From the NCBI GenBank assembly GCA_045617125.1, contig JAZLIA010000110.1, positions 1 to 20,932 on the forward strand: 20,932 nt of DNA, read 5' to 3'. Source of the DNA: Clostridia bacterium (lineage in GTDB: Bacteria; Bacillota; Clostridia; Christensenellales; Aristaeellaceae). The notes beneath the pieces are model-generated. The model was not told where the DNA came from. It did no database searches and saw only the letters and a list, made by a program, of their open reading frames with translations. The position numbers and the translations under genes were made by a program. Positions 16,069 to 20,932 of the stretch are shown in pieces (positions within the stretch are counted from its first letter, which is position 1; the number at the start of each line of letters is the position of its first letter).

Positions 16069-16596
16069 GTGCTGGATGAATATTTGCTGATCGGGAAGGT
16101 ACTGCGACCGCAGGGAATAAAGGGTCAGGTGAAGGTGGAACCCATCACGGATGATCCGGAGCGGTTCACGGTGCTGGAAACGGTTTTTATTGAAAAAAAC
16201 GGGGGGTATGAACCGGTGCCGGTAACCGATGTTTCGGTAAGGGCGGACGGAGTTTATCTCAACCTGAACGGCGCCTGTGACCGGAATACTGCGGAAACGC
16301 AGCGCGGCCTGCTTTTGTATATCGACCGGGAAAATGCGGTTGAACTGGCGGAAAATGAAAATTTTATTTGTGATTTGATCGGCTGCAGCGTGGTGGACCG
16401 GCAGGGAAACACGGTGGGCCGGGTGAAGGATGTGCTGCAGCCGGGGGCCAATGATGTGTATGTGATCGATACGGGAAAAGGAACCTGGCTCGCGCCGGCA
16501 CTGCTCAAGGCGTTTCCCGAAGTGAATGTTGCGGAAAAACGCATTTTGTGTGATGAAAGGATCCTGCCGCAGGTGTGGGTGGAATCGGACGAATGA
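16069..16596 (+). CDS. rimM: 16S rRNA processing protein RimM
   Basis: LLIGKVLRPQGIKGQVKV is the typical RimM N-terminus, and the C-terminal half fits a PRC-barrel domain. The start is trimmed to GTG 16069 (AAGGGGGAAAG 8 nt upstream), giving 175 aa, the usual family size. The track start at 15973 would translate through the hairpin. Confidence 0.85.
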   Translation: MLDEYLLIGKVLRPQGIKGQVKVEPITDDPERFTVLETVFIEKNGGYEPVPVTDVSVRADGVYLNLNGACDRNTAETQRGLLLYIDRENAVELAENENFICDLIGCSVVDRQGNTVGRVKDVLQPGANDVYVIDTGKGTWLAPALLKAFPEVNVAEKRILCDERILPQVWVESDE

Positions 16597-17360
16597 AGAT
16601 CGATATTCTGACCGTGTTTCCGGAAATGTTTGAAAGCGTGCTAGGAACCAGTATTCTGGCCCGGGCGATCACAAAAGAGCTGATCCAGGTGGAGCTTCAT
16701 GATATTCGCCCGTTTTCTGATATGAAGCATAAAAACACCGATGATTATCCCTTTGGCGGAGGTGCGGGAATGCTGATGACCAGTCAGCCCATTGCAGACT
16801 GCATCAAGTCGATAACCGCCTCTAAGGAGGGGAAGCCTTTCAGCGGAAAACGGGTGTATATGAGCCCCAAGGGGGTCACTCTGACCCAGCCTATGGCTGA
16901 AGCACTGGCCAAGGAAGAAAACCTGGTGATCCTGTGCGGGCACTATGAGGGAGTGGATCAGCGGGTCCTCGATCGGTATATCGATGAGGAGATCTCGATA
17001 GGCGATTATGTGCTTACCGGCGGGGAAACAGCTGCCATGGTGCTGATCGACTGTGTGAGCCGGTTGATCCCCGGAGTGCTGGGCAGCGAGGAAAGCCCGG
17101 TGGATGAGAGCTTTTCCGGGGACGGATTGCTGGAATATCCCCAGTATACCCGGCCGAGGGTGTTTGAGGATATGGAAGTGCCGCAGGTTCTGCTGGACGG
17201 AAATCATGCCCTAATCAGGAAATGGCGCAGGGAACAATCCCTGCTGATCACCCTGAAGAGGCGGCCTGAACTGCTCAGGAACGCCTTCCGGGCAGGAAAG
17301 CTGGATAAAAAGGACCTGCAGTTCCTGAAGGAAAACGGTTGGGAACCGACGGAGGTTTAG
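16593..17360 (+). CDS. trmD: tRNA (guanine37-N1)-methyltransferase
   Basis: MKIDILTVFPEMF start, then DDYPFGGGAGM, ILCGHYEGVDQRV and SIGDYVLTGGE. There is an ATGA start/stop overlap with rimM. Confidence 0.95.
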   Translation: MKIDILTVFPEMFESVLGTSILARAITKELIQVELHDIRPFSDMKHKNTDDYPFGGGAGMLMTSQPIADCIKSITASKEGKPFSGKRVYMSPKGVTLTQPMAEALAKEENLVILCGHYEGVDQRVLDRYIDEEISIGDYVLTGGETAAMVLIDCVSRLIPGVLGSEESPVDESFSGDGLLEYPQYTRPRVFEDMEVPQVLLDGNHALIRKWRREQSLLITLKRRPELLRNAFRAGKLDKKDLQFLKENGWEPTEV

Positions 17361-17361
17361 T

Positions 17362-18282
17362 ATGGGGATCGTGGTGATGGGGGCTGTGTTTGTGGATATC
17401 AAGGGATATCCGACCCAGCAGTATATTCCGAGCGGGCGCAATATGGGCTATGTGGAACAGGTGCACGGAGGGGTCAGCCGCAATATTGCGGAGGATATTG
17501 CCAATCTGGACCTGCATCCCTGTTTTATTTCATTGGTCGATCAGACTGCTGCCGGGGATGAGGTGATCCGGAAGCTGACACGAAGCGGGGCGGATACCCG
17601 TTATATGCGGCATACACAGGATGGAATGGGAACCTGGCTGGCCATTTTTGACAATGATGGAGATGTAGTGGCGGCGATCTCCAAACGTCCGGAGCTGGAA
17701 CCGGTGCTGGATATTCTGAATGAGAGCGGGGATGAGATCTTTTCTGAATGTGACAGTATTCTGGTGGAGATCGACATGTCGCCTGAGGTGGTGCAGAAAA
17801 CCTTTGAATATGCGAAAAAATACGGAAAAAAGGTGTTTGCTCCGGTATCCAACATGACCATTGCTTCCCAGAGAAGAGATCTGATCAAGGAAACCGACTG
17901 CTTCGTGTGCAATCTTCAGGAGGCAGGCATCTTTTTCAGTGAGGATTTTGAAGGCTTTGATCCCGTAAAAATGCAGGAGGTGCTGCTCAGAAAGGTGCAG
18001 GAAGCCCAGATTCAGCGTATGGTGGTCACGATGGGCGGACAGGGCTCGGTGTATGCCTCCATGGAGGGAGAAAGCGGATACTGTCCCGCGCTGAGGGTGC
18101 CGGTGAAGGATACGACCGGCGCGGGAGACGCCTTTTTTGCTGGAGTCGCAGTGGGACTTACTTATGGAAAAACGCTGGCTCAAAGCTGTTCGATCGGGAC
18201 CCGGCTGGCTGCCAGTGTGATCAGCTCAGTGGAAAATGTATGTCCCCGTTTTCTGCCCGGGGAATTCGGGATCGGAAATTGA
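17362..18282 (+). CDS. PfkB-family carbohydrate/nucleoside kinase (pseudouridine-kinase-like)
   Basis: 306 aa with the PfkB C-terminal signature DTTGAGDAFFAG. The N-terminal GGVSRNIAEDIANL resembles the GGV(A/G)RNIA motif of YeiC/PsuK-type kinases. GGAGG lies 6 nt upstream, and the start is 2 nt after the trmD stop. Confidence 0.75.
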   Translation: MGIVVMGAVFVDIKGYPTQQYIPSGRNMGYVEQVHGGVSRNIAEDIANLDLHPCFISLVDQTAAGDEVIRKLTRSGADTRYMRHTQDGMGTWLAIFDNDGDVVAAISKRPELEPVLDILNESGDEIFSECDSILVEIDMSPEVVQKTFEYAKKYGKKVFAPVSNMTIASQRRDLIKETDCFVCNLQEAGIFFSEDFEGFDPVKMQEVLLRKVQEAQIQRMVVTMGGQGSVYASMEGESGYCPALRVPVKDTTGAGDAFFAGVAVGLTYGKTLAQSCSIGTRLAASVISSVENVCPRFLPGEFGIGN

Positions 18283-18304
18283 CCGGCTCGAACCGGCCCA
18301 AACT

Positions 18305-18330
18305 GTCGCTCTGAGGAGCGACCTTTTTGT
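18305..18330 (+). terminator. Rho-independent terminator ending the ylxM...PfkB transcription unit
   Basis: GTCGCTC-tgag-GAGCGAC (18305-18322) followed by CTTTTTGT. Confidence 0.8.
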
Positions 18331-18349
18331 ATACAGACTTGATACTCTG

Positions 18350-18358
18350 TGCTACAAT
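18350..18358 (+). promoter_or_regulatory. Extended -10 promoter element for rlmD
   Basis: TGcTACAAT at 18350-18358, about 33 nt upstream of ATG 18391. GGAGGG RBS lies at 18380-18385. Confidence 0.5.
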
Positions 18359-18390
18359 AGGATCTGGAAGATCATTTTCGGAGGGAAAAA

Positions 18391-19788
18391 ATGAACTGTG
18401 CTTTGAGTGATAAAGGATGCGGCGGATGCCGGGATCTGAAATGCGCTTACGGAGAGATCCTGAAAAAGAAGGAAAACAGGGTGAGAGCACTGTATCCGGA
18501 TTGTGAAAAGATCCTCGGCGCTGAAAAACCTGTGCATTACCGGAACAAGGTGCTGCGTTCCTTTGCCAACGGAAAGCAGGAGCTGTATGCGGGCTTTTAC
18601 CGGGAGGGGACACACCAGATCCTCAGCGTGAAGGATTGTCTTCTTGAAGATGAGCTAGCTTCCCGTATCGCTTTTGACGCGGTGGATATTCTGGCCGGTT
18701 TGGGCTGCGATGCCTACCGGGAGGATTTTCATAAGGGAACAGTGCGCCATATGATCATTCGCCGGGCTTTCCATACAGGCGAATGTCTGCTCACGCTTGT
18801 GACCGGCACGGAAGAGTTTCCCCAGGGAAGGGAGTTCGCTGCCCGGATCACCCGAAAATATCCCTGCATCAAAGGCGTGATCCAGAACCTGAACCCCAGA
18901 GACAGCAGTGCGGTTTTGGGCTTTCGGGACCGGCTGCTGTTTGGAAAAGATGAGATATGGGATGAAATGTGCGGCCTTGATGTATGCCTGAACAGCCGCT
19001 CTTTCTATCAGGTGAATACTCCACAGGCTGAAAAGCTTTACGAGATCGCGGTGCAGAATGCGGCTTTGAATAAAGAGGATCGGGTCTTGGATGCCTATTG
19101 CGGCGTGGGTGTGATCGGAATGTGCGCGGCGATGAGAGCGGGACAGGTGACCGGCATTGAGATCGTGAAACCGGCAGTAGAGTGTGCCCGCAGAGCGGCA
19201 AAGAAAAATGGCATTGAAAATATCAGCTTCCTTTGCGGGGATGTGCTTCAGGCTCTTCGGGATAGAACGACCCATTACACCTGTGTGTTTGTCGATCCTC
19301 CCCGTGCCGGCTGCAGTGAGGAGTTTATTTCAGCTTTGATCCATCATGCCCCGGAACGGATCTTGTATATTTCCTGTTTTCCCGACACTCTGAAACGGGA
19401 TACTGCTCTTCTGGAGGCACATGGGTATACTGTTCGAATGGTAAAGCCGGTGGATATGTTCCCTTATACGGAACATGTTGAGACGGTTGTCCTTTTGGTT
19501 AGAAAAACTCCGGATGCCTATGTACGCATCAAAATGGACATGGAAGACTTCGACCTTACGAAGCCAGAAGCCAAGGCTTCATACGAGGAAATCAAGGCTT
19601 ATGTGAAAGAACAGACCGGCCTTAATGTTACCCATTTGGATATCGCACAGACAAAACGTAAGAGTGGTATCATCGAGCGGAAAAACTATAACCTTCCGAA
19701 ATCGGCGGATGCAAAGCAGCCGCAATGCACTAAAGAAAAGGAAGATGCCATATTGAAAGCACTGAAGCATTTTCAGATGATACAGTAA
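18391..19788 (+). CDS. rlmD: 23S rRNA (uracil-C5)-methyltransferase, RumA/RlmD family, with an atypical AT-rich C-terminal extension of about 96 aa
   Basis: N-terminal Cys cluster CALSDKGCGGCRDLKC, SAM motif VLDAYCGVGVIG, VFVDPPRAGC and ILYISCFPDTLKRD. The normal family C-terminus is DMFPYTEHVETVVLL (to 19497), after which 96 more codons follow. Confidence 0.85.
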   Translation: MNCALSDKGCGGCRDLKCAYGEILKKKENRVRALYPDCEKILGAEKPVHYRNKVLRSFANGKQELYAGFYREGTHQILSVKDCLLEDELASRIAFDAVDILAGLGCDAYREDFHKGTVRHMIIRRAFHTGECLLTLVTGTEEFPQGREFAARITRKYPCIKGVIQNLNPRDSSAVLGFRDRLLFGKDEIWDEMCGLDVCLNSRSFYQVNTPQAEKLYEIAVQNAALNKEDRVLDAYCGVGVIGMCAAMRAGQVTGIEIVKPAVECARRAAKKNGIENISFLCGDVLQALRDRTTHYTCVFVDPPRAGCSEEFISALIHHAPERILYISCFPDTLKRDTALLEAHGYTVRMVKPVDMFPYTEHVETVVLLVRKTPDAYVRIKMDMEDFDLTKPEAKASYEEIKAYVKEQTGLNVTHLDIAQTKRKSGIIERKNYNLPKSADAKQPQCTKEKEDAILKALKHFQMIQ

Positions 19789-19812
19789 TCAAAAATCAAA
19801 AATGTATTCGAA

Positions 19813-19851
19813 GACCGCCAGAGAAATATGCTCTGACGGCCTTTTTGTTTT
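19813..19851 (+). terminator. Rho-independent terminator after rlmD
   Basis: The G-CCG-CAGAG / CTCTG-CGG-C stem has 9 pairs and 2 mismatches (19813-19841) with a 7-nt loop, followed by TTTTTGTTTT (19842-19851). Confidence 0.7.
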
Positions 19852-19880
19852 ATACGAGTATGCCGATTTCTTCCAACCAC

Positions 19881-19908
19881 TTGAAAAATGACGAATTTAT
19901 GATATGAT
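19881..19908 (+). promoter_or_regulatory. SigA-type promoter for the XRE regulator / hsdR unit
   Basis: TTGAAA (19881-19886), a 16-nt spacer, then TATGAT (19903-19908), 45 nt upstream of ATG 19954. Confidence 0.6.
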
Positions 19909-19953
19909 AAAGTGTAACTAAAGTGCAATCGTTGAGAAGGAGATTGTGAATAG

Positions 19954-20187
19954 ATGAGTCTCTCTGAAACTATCAGACTTACAAGACAAAAGGCTTTGCT
20001 GAATCAAGAAGAATTTGCGGACGCTCTTCATGTCAGTCTGGCATCTGTCAGCCGTTGGGAAATCGGTAAGAGCATACCCAACATTTCCGCTATGAAAGCT
20101 ATAAAATCCTTTTGCGAAAAAAATGGTTATCCTTATGAGCTGATTGAAAGTGAATGGCTTACCGCACGATTGGAGGCTAAGAAATGA
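19954..20187 (+). CDS. XRE-family helix-turn-helix transcriptional regulator
   Basis: 77 aa. LLNQEEFADALHVSLASVSRWEIGKSIPNISAMKAI is a classic Cro/C1-type HTH. Its stop overlaps the next start (ATGA at 20184-20187). Confidence 0.85.
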   Translation: MSLSETIRLTRQKALLNQEEFADALHVSLASVSRWEIGKSIPNISAMKAIKSFCEKNGYPYELIESEWLTARLEAKK

Positions 20188-20678
20188 GTACGATTATTCC
20201 GAAAAGTCAAATGACCGAAGAGGATATCAAGCTCAATTTCATTACACCTGCCCTTATCGCTACCGGATGGCAGAATAAAATCACGATGGAAACAAAGGTC
20301 CAGTTCACCGATGGTAAGGTAAACATCAAAGGAAATCTTGTTTCACGTGAGCCGGTTAAAAAAGCAGATTATATCCTTTACATCAACGCGAATAACCCTA
20401 TTGCCATCGTTGAAGCAAAAGACAATAATCACACTGTTTCTTTCGGTCTTCAGCAAGCAATGACCTATGCCCAGATGATGGACATTCCTTTTGCGTACAG
20501 TTCCAACGGGGATGCCTTTTATGAGCATGACTTTTTGACCGGGCTGGAACGTCAGATTCCGCTGGAGCAGTTCCCAACATATGATGAGCTATGCGCTCGT
20601 TTCTCTGCCGAAGCAGGACTTACGCCTGCCCAGTCGGCGGTCATCAAACAGCCCTACTATACCAGCGCAACTACATAG
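20184..20678 (+). pseudogene. hsdR: Type I restriction enzyme R subunit truncated after the N-terminal nuclease (HsdR_N) domain
   Basis: MTEEDIKLNFITPALIATGWQ..., then the PD-(D/E)xK text ADYILY...IAIVEAKDNNHTVSFGLQQAMTYAQMMDIPFAYSSNGDAFYEHD, then IKQPYY. In full-length HsdR the helicase motifs (PRYYQ..., GTGKT) follow this point. Here a stop occurs at 20676-20678 and the motor domains are absent. GGAGG lies 7 nt upstream. Confidence 0.75.
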
Positions 20679-20679
20679 T

Positions 20680-20932
20680 GCCTACTGAATGATAGTTCTA
20701 AGCCACAAAAAGCCAATAAAATCAAGCAATTCTGAAGAATCCGTGGTATAATTAATGCAAGGGTTCTTTCGTACCAGGAACTAAATACTTGCAGGAGAAT
20801 GAATAAATATACCGTCATCAGTGCTATGAGCAACTCAAAATGGACCTACCGTTCGGAGTTGAACTTGACAAAAACAATCGCTGGGTGAAGTTGGCAGAAA
20901 TGTTCCCATGGGAAGCCATTGAAGAAGAGTAC
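20680..20932 (+). mobile_element. Left end of an IS element (IS5/IS1182-superfamily type) inserted in hsdR; the left boundary is approximate and the element runs off the window
   Basis: HsdR similarity ends abruptly. About 160 bp of AT-rich non-coding DNA follows, carrying TGgTATAAT (20744-20752) and AGGAG (20793-20797), and then the transposase N-terminus begins. Confidence 0.5.
20840..20932 (+). CDS. IS transposase N-terminus (DUF772-type), partial
   Basis: Hand translation gives MDLPFGVELDKNNRWVKLAEMFPWEAIEEEY with no stop before the window edge. The LPFGxxLxxxNRWVKLAxxxPWxxxExxY text is characteristic of the N-terminal domain of IS5/IS1182-type DDE transposases. The true start may be upstream (see findings). 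Confidence 0.6.
   Translation, partial: MDLPFGVELDKNNRWVKLAEMFPWEAIEEEY

Noticed and set aside
19789-19812. Tandem TCAAAAA-TCAAAAA directly after the rlmD stop, considered as a possible att core
   Set aside because: There are only two 7-nt units in AT-rich DNA, no matching copy elsewhere in the window, and the composition break lies about 300 nt upstream.
1-20932. Search for CRISPR arrays, tRNA/rRNA/tmRNA/SRP RNA genes and long tandem repeats
   Set aside because: I saw no regularly spaced direct repeats, cloverleaf-like segments or rRNA-like conserved blocks on either strand. A covariance-model scan (Infernal/tRNAscan-SE) would be needed to exclude small RNAs formally.

Overview
This window is chromosomal DNA from a moderately GC-rich, Gram-positive, spore-forming bacterium. 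A Clostridia-type origin is inferred from a SpoIID-like gene, GGAGG ribosome-binding sites and a clostridial-type TnpW gene. About 85% is ordinary housekeeping sequence. On the minus strand: a SpoIID/LytB-SH3b protein, a stand-alone EF-G paralogue, murI, pfkA, a phosphodiester glycosidase, udk and rqcH. On the plus strand: a GT4 glycosyltransferase, the conserved ylxM-ffh-rpsP-KH-rimM-trmD cluster, a PfkB kinase and rlmD/rumA. Two AT-richer accessory patches interrupt this. The first (about 5.3-7.6 kb, between murI and pfkA) holds an orphan secreted double-SH3b protein, a 40-codon signal-peptide ORF, a mobilisation-protein remnant with an in-frame TAG, and an intact TnpW-family gene. I read it as the scar of a mobilisable element. 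The second starts around 19.5 kb, inside the 3' end of rlmD, and runs to the window edge. The AT-rich rlmD tail is followed by an XRE regulator translationally coupled to a type I hsdR gene, which is cut off after its N-terminal nuclease domain by an IS element whose transposase runs off the window. I see no rRNA, tRNA or CRISPR array, and no convincing complete novel multi-gene system. The structure least explained by the annotation is a perfect 22-bp inverted repeat wrapped around the ylxM-ffh promoter, followed by several smaller palindromes in leaders and divergent promoter regions. All family assignments come from motif recognition by eye, not database searches.
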